Origin: Minisyncoccota bacterium
Lineage (GTDB): Bacteria > Patescibacteriota > Minisyncoccia > UBA6257
Direction of reading: 5' to 3'
NCBI GenBank assembly: GCA_035646575.1
Contig: DASRPB010000018.1
Location: 1-33,087, forward strand
Length of the DNA: 33,087 nt
In this document: one piece after another, positions 25,750 through 33,087 of the stretch
How the letters are laid out: the number at the start of each line of letters is the position of its first letter
Position numbering within the stretch: position 1 is the first letter of the stretch
The notes under the pieces: generated by a model
What the model saw: only the letters and a program-made list of their open reading frames with translations
Database searches by the model: none
Told to the model about the DNA's origin: nothing
Translations under genes and position numbers: made by a program

Positions 25750-26763
25750 TTAATTTAGAAGATTTATTGGTTTTTTATTTAAATAACTCTGAATATTTTC
25801 CATTGTAGTAATAACAATGTTTTCAAGCGCTTCTTTTGTGTTAAAAGCATTATGTGAAGAAATAATCACATTGCCCAAATCAATAAAAATATGATTAGCT
25901 AAAAGTGTTCTTAATTTTTCTGGAGGAATATTTTCTTCTTCTAAAAGCATTCTCTGTTCTTCTTTTAAATTACCTTCTTCTTCTAATACATCCAGTGCCG
26001 CGCCAGCAATCTGATCCTTCTTTAATGCCTGATAAAGCGCTTGCGTTTCTATTATTCCACCTCGAGCAGTATTAATAATATAAACCCCCTTCTTTGTTTT
26101 CAATAAATTATCTTTATTTAATAAATGATGTGTTTCTTTGTTATAAGGAACATGCAAAGTAATTATATCTGATTGAGATAATAAATCTTCAAAAGAAACG
26201 TATTTAAAATCTAATTCTTGAGCTAGTTCTTCTTTTGGATATTTATCATAAGCGATTACATTCATTGAAAATCCTTTTGCTATTTTTATTACCTCAATTC
26301 CAATTCGTCCTGTTCCTATTATTCCTATTGTTTTTCCAAATAATTCTTCACCCCTCAATCCTTCTAAAGAAAAACTTCCTGATTCTCTAATACGTTGATA
26401 AGAATTATAAACTTTTCTTATTAAACATAAGAGTAAAGCAAAAGTATATTCAGCCACAGTATGGCTTCCATAAGCAGGAACATTAGATACTAAAATCTCT
26501 TTTTCTTTACAATAATCTAAGTCAATATGATCAAACCCTGTAGAACGAGTGGTAATAAATTTTAAATTTTCTAATTGTCTTAATGTTTCTGCTGACAATT
26601 GGGAACCAATAAAAGTAGAAATAACTTCGTAATCCTTAAATTTTTTGACATTTTCCAATGTAAGTTTCTCAGAAGAAAAATCTACATTTTCTAAAAAGTC
26701 AGGATGCTTTTGAAAAATTTCTTTTTCCAAATCAGTTGCTTCTAAAAAAATTATCTTCTTCAT
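25750..26763 (-). CDS. D-isomer-specific 2-hydroxyacid dehydrogenase (D-lactate or related dehydrogenase; substrate not determinable)
   Basis: NAD-binding GIIGTGRIGIEV, NTARGGII, AALDVLEEE and the catalytic-His region SSHNAFNT. Confidence 0.8.
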   Translation of the reverse strand: MKKIIFLEATDLEKEIFQKHPDFLENVDFSSEKLTLENVKKFKDYEVISTFIGSQLSAETLRQLENLKFITTRSTGFDHIDLDYCKEKEILVSNVPAYGSHTVAEYTFALLLCLIRKVYNSYQRIRESGSFSLEGLRGEELFGKTIGIIGTGRIGIEVIKIAKGFSMNVIAYDKYPKEELAQELDFKYVSFEDLLSQSDIITLHVPYNKETHHLLNKDNLLKTKKGVYIINTARGGIIETQALYQALKKDQIAGAALDVLEEEGNLKEEQRMLLEEENIPPEKLRTLLANHIFIDLGNVIISSHNAFNTKEALENIVITTMENIQSYLNKKPINLLN

Positions 26764-27958
26764 AAATTTTTATTATTCTATTATATTTTACCATTCTTTC
26801 CTCTGGTTGAGGAGCCCCTGATTTTAAAGCCCAGGCTCCACTTGCCCAAGCTAAATCACTTATAAAATCATCATTTGTTTCTGCGCTTCGATGGCTTAAA
26901 ACAATTTTCAAATCATATTTATTGGCCAGATCAATCGTTTCTAATGTTTCAGAAATTGTTCCTATTTGAGTAGGCTTTATGATTACTCCTGTAATTGCTT
27001 TCATATCTATTGCTTTTTCTACTAATTCTAAATTAGTTGAAGTTAAATCATCTCCAATGATTACTATCTTATCCCCTATTTCAGAAGTTAATTTTTGAAA
27101 ACTTCCCCAATCTTTTTCTTCAAAAGGATCTTCTATAGAAAGCATATCATACTGAGAAACAATATTTTTATATATTTCACATAATTCTTCTTTTGAAAAA
27201 CTTTTATCTTTTTTTAATAAATACCCTTTTTCCTTTTCTGTATAAAAAGAAGACGCTGCTACATCTAATGAAATTTTTATTTTATTCTCTAAATTTAATT
27301 CTTTTTTAATCTGTTCAAAAATCTTTAAAGGTTTTTCATAATCATCTCCAGAAATTAACAATCCCCCTTCATCTCCAAATTTGTTTTCTTCACCTTCTTT
27401 TTTAAAATATTCTTTTAAACCAGCAAAAAATATCTGGGCAACTTCTAAAGAAACTTTCGGATTATCAACTTGAGGAACAATCATATATTCCTGAACCTTT
27501 GGTCCGTAAATAGCATGCTTACCTCCATTAATTAAATTAAATAAAAAATATGGTACTCTTTTCTCCTTTAAAACAGATAATTGTTCTTCCAGATATTGCC
27601 AAAGCTCTAATTTTTCATTTTTTGCAGCTAATCGACAAAATGTTTGTGATAAAACTAAAGTTAAATTTCCGCCAAGATTACTTTTGTTTTCTGTCCCATC
27701 CAACCTTAATAAATAATTATCAAAATCTTTTAGACTAGAAAATTCAATATCTATAATTTTATCTTTAATTATCTCAAATTTTCTAATAGCTGAATGTGGT
27801 TCTAATATATAAGCCTCACTGTCACTCCTGCTCTTTCCATTAGGGATACTAGAACTAACTTCAATACCACCACTTTTCATTGTAGCCCTTAAAGTTTCTT
27901 GCCCTCGAGAATCAAGAATTATTTTAAGAAAGACATTATTTATTTTCATTTTTACCAA
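26732..27958 (-). CDS. eno: Enolase (phosphopyruvate hydratase), divergent
   Basis: ILDSRGQETL, NLINGGKHA, QEYMIVP, GDEGG, LDVAASSFY, SIEDPFEEKDW, IGDDLTSTN, IIKPTQIGT and LSHRSAETNDDFISDLA parallel canonical enolase motifs. The start could be Met4 (27949). Confidence 0.85.
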   Translation of the reverse strand: MVKMKINNVFLKIILDSRGQETLRATMKSGGIEVSSSIPNGKSRSDSEAYILEPHSAIRKFEIIKDKIIDIEFSSLKDFDNYLLRLDGTENKSNLGGNLTLVLSQTFCRLAAKNEKLELWQYLEEQLSVLKEKRVPYFLFNLINGGKHAIYGPKVQEYMIVPQVDNPKVSLEVAQIFFAGLKEYFKKEGEENKFGDEGGLLISGDDYEKPLKIFEQIKKELNLENKIKISLDVAASSFYTEKEKGYLLKKDKSFSKEELCEIYKNIVSQYDMLSIEDPFEEKDWGSFQKLTSEIGDKIVIIGDDLTSTNLELVEKAIDMKAITGVIIKPTQIGTISETLETIDLANKYDLKIVLSHRSAETNDDFISDLAWASGAWALKSGAPQPEERMVKYNRIIKIYEEDNFFRSN

Positions 27959-30326
27959 TATCTAAAATTGTCTTTATTACTGTATCTGGATTTAAAGACA
28001 TGCTTTCTATTCCCTCTTTTGCCAAAAATTCTGCGAATTCTGGAAAATCCGATGGAGCTTGACCGCAGATTCCCACATATTTTTTCCTCTTCCTACAAAC
28101 TTTAATTACTTCTGCAATCATTTTTTTAACAGCTTCATTTCTTTCATCAGCTATTTTTTGTATAACCGCATTATCTCTATCTATTCCTAATGTTAATTGT
28201 GTTAAATCATTACTTCCTATACTCATCCCATCAAAAATATCTAAAAATTCATTTATTAATACTACATTTGAAGGAATCTCACACATAACATAAAGCTTTG
28301 TTGATTTTCCTCCATCTAATAATCCTGATTTTTTAATTAAGGCTTTTACTTCCTTTGCCTCTTTTATAGTACGGCAAAAAGGAACCATTATAGTGATATT
28401 TTTTAATCCAAAAACCTTCTTTGCTCTTTTTATGGCTTCGCATTCCATTAAAAAGGCTGGCTTAAATTGTGGATCAATATAACGACATGCTCCTCTAAAT
28501 CCAAGCATTGGATTAGCTTCATCTTCTTGTTCAAAAAGTTCTCCTCCAATCAGATTGCGATATTCATTAGTTTTAAAATCAGAAAACCTTACAATTACTT
28601 CTTTGGGATAAAAAGCGGCAGCTATCTGTGCAATTCCTTCTGCTAATTCCTTTATAAAATACTCTTTCTTATCTTTATGTTCTACAGTCATCTCATCAAT
28701 CTTTTTGATAAGTTCTTTTGATTTAAGTTTTTTGTAATGGTAAAGCGCTAATGGATGAATCCTAATTTTCTCAGCGATGATAAATTCTTCTCTAGCTAAA
28801 CCTACTCCATCATTTGGAAGAAATGATGTTGAAAAAGCTATTTCAGGAGCTCCAATATTAATCATAATTTTGGTCTTAATCTTTGGAAATTTCTTAAAAT
28901 TATATTCTTTAATTTTAAAAGAAACTTTTCCATCAAAAATCTTTCCATCAAGGCCTCGAGTACAATCTACAGTCACCTCTTGTCCATCTTTAAGAATTTT
29001 TGTGGCATTTCTCGTTCCTACAATACAAGGTACCCCTAACTCTCTGGAAATAATTGCCGCGTGGCAAGTCTTACTCCCTTCATCAGTAATAATCGCCGAA
29101 GCCATTGAAAATACTGAGGTCCAATCAGGATCAGTCATCTTAGTCACCAGAACCTCCCCATTTTTAAATTCAGAAAGTTTTGCAGCGCTTTTTATAATAT
29201 GAACCTTCCCAATACCAATTTTACTTCCAATGGCAATACCATTCAGAATTGGTTTTTTAGTTGTTTTAATTTTATATTCTTGATAAATGTTTGTCTCAAT
29301 TGAATGAACGGTTTCTGGCCTTGATTGAACAATAAATAATTCACCTGTTTTTCCATCCTTTGCCCATTCTATATCCTGAGGCGTCCATTTTTTTTGAATT
29401 TTTGAATAATGTTCCTCTATAACAAGTGCCCATTTTGCCAATCTAAGAATTTCATCATCAGTAAGTGAAAATCTTAATTGATCTTTTGCAGAAACAACAA
29501 CTTCTTTAAGACCATTTTTTTTATTGTAAACATATTTCTTTGTTTTTCTTCCTAAGTCTTTTCTAATAATCGCTTTATATCCCTGTTTAAGCGTGGGTTT
29601 AAAAACATAAAATTCGTCAGGAGTAATTAACCCTTTTACTATCATCTCCCCTATTCCAAAAATAGAATTAATTAAAACTACATTAGAAAACCCTGTTTCT
29701 GTATCCAAGGTAAACATAATCCCAGAAGATGCTAAATCTGAACGTACCATTCTTTGAACTCCAGTAGAAAGACCTATATCCATATGTTTAAATCCTTTTT
29801 CTTCACGATACATTATCGCTCTATCCATAAATAATGAGGAGTAGCTTTTCTTAACGGCTTTTAGTAATTCTTTTTCTCCTCTCACATTAAGATATGTTTC
29901 ATGTTGACCTGCAAAACTTGCAGAAGGAAGATCTTCTGCAGTAGCCGAAGAACGAACTGCTACATCTAAATCATTTTCTTTATATAGATTACAAAGTTTC
30001 TGATAATTTTTAATAATATCTTTTTCCAAATCTTCAGGTAACGGCGTATCTAAAATTAATTTTCTTATTTCTTTTCCCGTTTGTTGAAGACTCTTAATGC
30101 TTTTTGGATTAAATTTAGATAAAATTTCTTCAATTTTCTTTTTTATTTTTCCTTTTTCTAAGAAATAAAAATATGATTGAGCAGAAATAGCAAAACCATT
30201 AGGAATATTTATTCCTAATTTTGTTAAATGACAATACATTTCTCCTAAAGAAGCATTTTTTCCTCCCACAATAGGAACATCTTTAATCCCTATTTCTTTG
30301 AACCACAAAATATATTTTTTTTTCAT
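27936..30326 (-). CDS. ppsA: Phosphoenolpyruvate synthase (pyruvate, water dikinase)
   Basis: VGGKNASLGEM ATP-grasp start, phosphohistidine motif GSKTCHAAIISRELGVPCIVG, and C-terminal PEP-utilising TIM-barrel motifs (IGSNDLTQL). Confidence 0.92.
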   Translation of the reverse strand: MKKKYILWFKEIGIKDVPIVGGKNASLGEMYCHLTKLGINIPNGFAISAQSYFYFLEKGKIKKKIEEILSKFNPKSIKSLQQTGKEIRKLILDTPLPEDLEKDIIKNYQKLCNLYKENDLDVAVRSSATAEDLPSASFAGQHETYLNVRGEKELLKAVKKSYSSLFMDRAIMYREEKGFKHMDIGLSTGVQRMVRSDLASSGIMFTLDTETGFSNVVLINSIFGIGEMIVKGLITPDEFYVFKPTLKQGYKAIIRKDLGRKTKKYVYNKKNGLKEVVVSAKDQLRFSLTDDEILRLAKWALVIEEHYSKIQKKWTPQDIEWAKDGKTGELFIVQSRPETVHSIETNIYQEYKIKTTKKPILNGIAIGSKIGIGKVHIIKSAAKLSEFKNGEVLVTKMTDPDWTSVFSMASAIITDEGSKTCHAAIISRELGVPCIVGTRNATKILKDGQEVTVDCTRGLDGKIFDGKVSFKIKEYNFKKFPKIKTKIMINIGAPEIAFSTSFLPNDGVGLAREEFIIAEKIRIHPLALYHYKKLKSKELIKKIDEMTVEHKDKKEYFIKELAEGIAQIAAAFYPKEVIVRFSDFKTNEYRNLIGGELFEQEDEANPMLGFRGACRYIDPQFKPAFLMECEAIKRAKKVFGLKNITIMVPFCRTIKEAKEVKALIKKSGLLDGGKSTKLYVMCEIPSNVVLINEFLDIFDGMSIGSNDLTQLTLGIDRDNAVIQKIADERNEAVKKMIAEVIKVCRKRKKYVGICGQAPSDFPEFAEFLAKEGIESMSLNPDTVIKTILDIGKNENK

Positions 30327-30369
30327 AATTATTATAAATTATATTAATTTTAATTATCCACAATTTGAC

Positions 30370-30397
30370 TTGACAAGACTTAAATCTTTGCTATAAT
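30370..30397 (+). promoter_or_regulatory. Consensus extended -10 sigma-70 promoter on the plus strand with no downstream plus-strand ORF
   Basis: TTGACA (30370-30375), a 16-nt spacer ending in TG (30389-30390), then TATAAT (30392-30397). Confidence 0.55.
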
Positions 30398-30401
30398 GAT
30401 A

Positions 30402-30466
30402 GTGCTACTGTCTAGAGAGATTGAATAGCTTGCTATTTAGTTTCAACGGTCAGTAGCATTTTTTTT
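30402..30466 (+). ncRNA. Candidate small RNA: roughly 65-nt three-tier hairpin ending in an intrinsic terminator
   Basis: Basal stem gtgctactg (30402-30410) / cagtagcat (30451-30459). Middle stem ttg/caa (30421-30423 / 30444-30446). Apical stem aatag/ctatt (30424-30428 / 30433-30437). Then T8 (30459-30466). It starts about 5-7 nt after the -10 box. No known RNA family recognised. Confidence 0.4.
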
Positions 30467-30467
30467 A

Positions 30468-31316
30468 TCACTTTTCTAACAATAATATCTCTGCCTCTCT
30501 CTTAATGGCAGAGATCTTTTTTTCAGGAATATTTATCTTTTTTGAAAATTTTGATACATCTATCTTTAATACATCTTGAACCAACATTAATTTTTTCTGA
30601 CCAAATATTTCTAATAAATCATTGGTTAAAGACGGAAGAATAGTAATCGGATAGAATTTTTCTGATTCAATAATATACTCCAATCCCGTTAACTCTGGAT
30701 ATTTCCATCCTAATAAATCTATCCCAACTCCCTCAGCATATTTAATTATTTCACTTGTAAATTTAGTATTTGTTACAATAATTGGTCGAATTTTTAGTTT
30801 TTTTGATTTAATCTTTTTGCAAGCATCTCCAGATATTAAATCCAAACAACGTGAATTATGAATTAAACCAACTTTTAAATCAACTCTCCCTCCTGGCAAA
30901 CCATGGTATTTACATTCTCCAATTAAACAGTATTCCTTCTCTTTTGCTACAAAATCAATTTCATGATCAACATATTGTCCTTTAATATGTTGATTAAGTT
31001 TAATAGAAAAACCAAGTTGTCTTAAAATCCCTCCCACATATTTTTCAAATGGAAAGCCGCTTGGACCTAAGCGCCTAATCGCCTCCTTTAATCTAAAACG
31101 AATTCTGCCACGAGGATATTTCTTTGATAAAATTTGTTCAACCCGTTGAAAAATTTCTTTTGTGGTAATTCCTGGATATGCCTCCCTCTCAATAACAGTA
31201 GCAATTTGTCTTGCTAATTCTTTTGAAGCGCCAACTCGTTCAGCGCTAATACAAATCTTTTTCCATGAAAATGGTTCTTTTTGACCTGAGTTATTGATAA
31301 CATATAGTTTCTTCAT
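30468..31316 (-). CDS. ATP-cone domain protein fused to a restriction-endonuclease-fold (Mrr-like, D..ExK) domain
   Basis: The N-terminus VINNSGQKEPFSWKKI..S....G.....A..IA..IE........TTKEIFQ.VEQIL fits an ATP-cone. GFPFEKYVGGILRQLGF...VDHEIDFVAKEKEYCLIGECKYH fits a PD-(D/E)xK Mrr-type core. The C-terminal helical region is possibly HhH-like. Confidence 0.65.
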   Translation of the reverse strand: MKKLYVINNSGQKEPFSWKKICISAERVGASKELARQIATVIEREAYPGITTKEIFQRVEQILSKKYPRGRIRFRLKEAIRRLGPSGFPFEKYVGGILRQLGFSIKLNQHIKGQYVDHEIDFVAKEKEYCLIGECKYHGLPGGRVDLKVGLIHNSRCLDLISGDACKKIKSKKLKIRPIIVTNTKFTSEIIKYAEGVGIDLLGWKYPELTGLEYIIESEKFYPITILPSLTNDLLEIFGQKKLMLVQDVLKIDVSKFSKKINIPEKKISAIKREAEILLLEK

Positions 31317-31322
31317 ATTTCT

Positions 31323-32033
31323 TTATTTTACTTTACTTCCAGGTGATACTTCTCCTTCTGGGACTAATAGAACAGCTCCCTCATGAGAATCAACTGCTAA
31401 AAGCATACCTTGGCTTACATAACCTTTTATTTCCCTAGGCTCTAAATTAGCTATTATAATAATTGTTTTGCCTACTAATTCATCTGGAGAATAATCCTGA
31501 GCAATACCAGCAACTAATTGTCTTTTTTCTTCACCTAAATCAATATCTAAAAGAAGAAGTTTATCTGCTCCTTCTATTTTTTCTGCCTTTAAAATTTTAG
31601 CAGAACGCAAATCCAACTGTTGAAATTGATCAAAAGTAATTGTTTCTTTTCCAGAAAATGGTTTTTTGTTTTCAACTCTTTTTTGAATTTCCTCTTCATT
31701 CATACCAAAATGATGAGCTATTTCATGCCAAACTGTTCCTTGAACAATTTCCTGTATCTTTTCCTCATCACCACCTGCTGCATTTTCAATATTTTTTTGA
31801 AACAAAGTTATTTTATCTGGCGCTGCTATATTGTAATTCTGTCTTTTAATTTGAGGAACTCCTTCATACAAACCTAAAATACAACCACCAGAAGAATAAC
31901 CTAATTGTTGTTTCTGAAATTCACTTGGTTTATTCTGCACTATAATAGCAACGTTTTTTAATTTATTTAAAAACCTATAAGGAAGTTTTTTTAAAGCCTC
32001 ACTTATTAAATCTTCAAATTTTTCTTTTCCCAT
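31323..32033 (-). CDS. Fusion protein: Zincin_1-type minimal metallopeptidase-like domain plus a tRNA-binding (Trbp111/CsaA/MetRS-C type OB-fold) domain
   Basis: N-half: LPYRFLNKLKNVAIIVQNKPS...ILGLYEGVP...WHEIAHHFGMNEEEI (HExxH). C-half: FQQLDLRSAKILKAEKIEGADKLLLLDIDLGEEKRQLVAGIA..Y.PDELVGKTIIIIANLEPREIKGYVSQGMLLA. Confidence 0.7.
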   Translation of the reverse strand: MGKEKFEDLISEALKKLPYRFLNKLKNVAIIVQNKPSEFQKQQLGYSSGGCILGLYEGVPQIKRQNYNIAAPDKITLFQKNIENAAGGDEEKIQEIVQGTVWHEIAHHFGMNEEEIQKRVENKKPFSGKETITFDQFQQLDLRSAKILKAEKIEGADKLLLLDIDLGEEKRQLVAGIAQDYSPDELVGKTIIIIANLEPREIKGYVSQGMLLAVDSHEGAVLLVPEGEVSPGSKVK

Positions 32034-32035
32034 AT

Positions 32036-32386
32036 TTATGCTTTTAATTGTTGAAATATTTCTTCAAAGATATCTGGAGGAATAGGAATAGGATCCCCTG
32101 GTTTAGTTATTCCAGGATATTTCCATGCACTAATAACCTTTATTCTATGACCTTGTTTACTAACAAGTTGATACATTACCCAAATCTCATAAGGATGCTT
32201 CTTAGAACCAGCTTTTTGCATTGAAGCTAGGGTTTTTGGAGCAATACCTTCTTCTACTCTCTGAGGATTTCTTATTACCCGCTTTACTCTGCTTTCGGAA
32301 AGCATATATTGATGCATTTTTGCTTCTGAATGCTTAGTCCAAGCAAATAAACCTCCTTTATCCTCTTTGTGTTTAATAAAAATCAT
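32036..32386 (-). CDS. Hypothetical protein (116 aa); weak resemblance to small DUF4258-type toxin-like proteins
   Basis: WTKHSEAKMHQYMLSESRVKRVIRNPQRVEEG ... IKVISAW is reminiscent of that family by eye only. 4-nt ATGA overlap with the upstream acylphosphatase gene. Confidence 0.5.
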   Translation of the reverse strand: MIFIKHKEDKGGLFAWTKHSEAKMHQYMLSESRVKRVIRNPQRVEEGIAPKTLASMQKAGSKKHPYEIWVMYQLVSKQGHRIKVISAWKYPGITKPGDPIPIPPDIFEEIFQQLKA

Positions 32387-32643
32387 TTTATTTCAAAACC
32401 AATTAACCCATCGTCTTTTTCTATACTTTCTTCTATGCTTTCGATATTATTCTTAAAATAATCTTTTAAATTATTTATTAAACTTTCCATGTTTTCTTCT
32501 AGCCCTTCTATCACTAAAGTAACACTTCCATCATTATTGTTTTCTACCCAACCAGCTAAATTATATTTTTCAGCTAACATCTTCGTTGCATAACGGAATC
32601 CCACACTTTGTACTTTTCCTTGAAAAATAAATTTCTTTTTCAT
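32383..32643 (-). CDS. acyP: Acylphosphatase
   Basis: GKVQSVGFRYATKMLAEKYNLAGWVENNNDGSVTLVIEG matches the acylphosphatase signature (V.G.VQGVGFR ... G.V.N..DG.V). Confidence 0.85.
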   Translation of the reverse strand: MKKKFIFQGKVQSVGFRYATKMLAEKYNLAGWVENNNDGSVTLVIEGLEENMESLINNLKDYFKNNIESIEESIEKDDGLIGFEIK

Positions 32644-33087
32644 CCTCCGTGTTTAAATATTATAACATCTCCATCCTGCACCTCATACTCTTTACCTTCT
32701 AATCGAATCCAGCCATTCTGTCTAGCAGCACTCCAATTACCTGATTCTATTAATTTTTTCCAATCAATAATTTCAGCTTTAATAAATTTATCAGCAAAAT
32801 CACTATGGATAACCCCTCCAGCTTGAGGAGCTTTAAGGCCCTTTCTTAAAGTCCATGCCCTAGTTTCATCTTCCCCAGTTGTCAAAAAAGTAATTAATCC
32901 TAATAAATCATAAGCGAGTTTGATTAATAAATCCAATTCTGATTGCTCAGGAAGACCAAATGATACTCTTTCTTCTGCAGAAAAACCGACAGTCTCTAAT
33001 TCCATTGCTACATCCATAATTAAATATGGCCACTTATTTTTATTAAAAACTTCTAAAATATGCGCAGGAACTTCATTTTCATGCCCA
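32640..33087 (-). CDS. ychF: Redox-regulated ATPase YchF (Obg-like GTPase family), C-terminal part; the gene continues past the right edge
   Basis: TGEDETRAWTLRKGLKAPQAGGVIHSDFADKFIKAEII and LEGKEYEVQDGDVIIFKHG match the YchF TGS/C-terminal domain. The frame stays open upstream of the tracked Met to position 33086 (GHENEVPAHILEVFNKNKWPYLIMDV...). Confidence 0.85.
   Translation of the reverse strand, partial: GHENEVPAHILEVFNKNKWPYLIMDVAMELETVGFSAEERVSFGLPEQSELDLLIKLAYDLLGLITFLTTGEDETRAWTLRKGLKAPQAGGVIHSDFADKFIKAEIIDWKKLIESGNWSAARQNGWIRLEGKEYEVQDGDVIIFKHGG

Noticed and set aside
30401-30467. Hairpin interpreted as the intrinsic terminator of the minus-strand ATP-cone nuclease gene
   Set aside because: On the minus strand the stem is followed by AUCAUUAUAGC rather than a U-run. 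The U8 tract is on the plus strand, matching the plus-strand promoter. It may still pause or partly stop minus-strand transcription.
1-33087. CRISPR arrays, rRNA genes, transposases/IS elements, long direct or inverted repeats, UGA recoding
   Set aside because: Reading both strands, I found no spaced direct repeats and no rRNA-like or transposase-like sequence. TGA terminates several otherwise intact, well-conserved genes, for example the HlyD-family gene and the ATP-cone gene, so the standard bacterial code fits.

Overview
This is a visibly AT-rich, very compact bacterial window. Almost every gene is on the minus strand, gaps are tiny or overlapping, and the standard code applies (TGA ends intact ORFs). 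From the gene content and reductive features I infer a streamlined, probably CPR/Patescibacteria-like genome; this is not proven.

Content from left to right:
- Start of a MacB-like ABC ATPase plus a HlyD-family adaptor.
- A free-standing 80-aa gene with its own consensus promoter.
- The distal ribosomal/rpoA cluster: rpsI, rplM, rplQ, rpoA, rpsD, rpsK, rpsM, rpmJ (absent from the ORF track), infA.
- A 462-aa membrane-anchored hypothetical protein.
- alaS (short form), a MurE-like ligase, rpoD, dnaG, dgkA, ddl.
- A three-gene module: a sigma-region-4/HARE-HTH protein, a membrane protein, and a TM-less VirD4/TraD-like ATPase with a CxxC-x17-CxxC zinc ribbon.
- secF, secD and a small membrane ORF.
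- A short HTH gene abutting tRNA-Lys(UUU), then mgtC and efp (the only plus-strand protein gene).
- glmS, a HIT protein, a 2-hydroxyacid dehydrogenase, eno, ppsA.
- An orphan plus-strand promoter-hairpin-terminator unit (candidate sRNA).
- An ATP-cone/Mrr-type nuclease fusion, a Zincin_1/tRNA-binding-domain fusion, a small hypothetical protein, acylphosphatase, and the 3' part of ychF.

No CRISPR array, rRNA, transposase or integrase was seen.

The best candidates for undescribed biology are (i) the HTH / membrane / coupling-protein-like ATPase operon at 15602-19549 and (ii) the ATP-cone nuclease with the convergent candidate sRNA at 30370-31316. All family assignments come from reading motifs by eye. 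None has been confirmed by a search.
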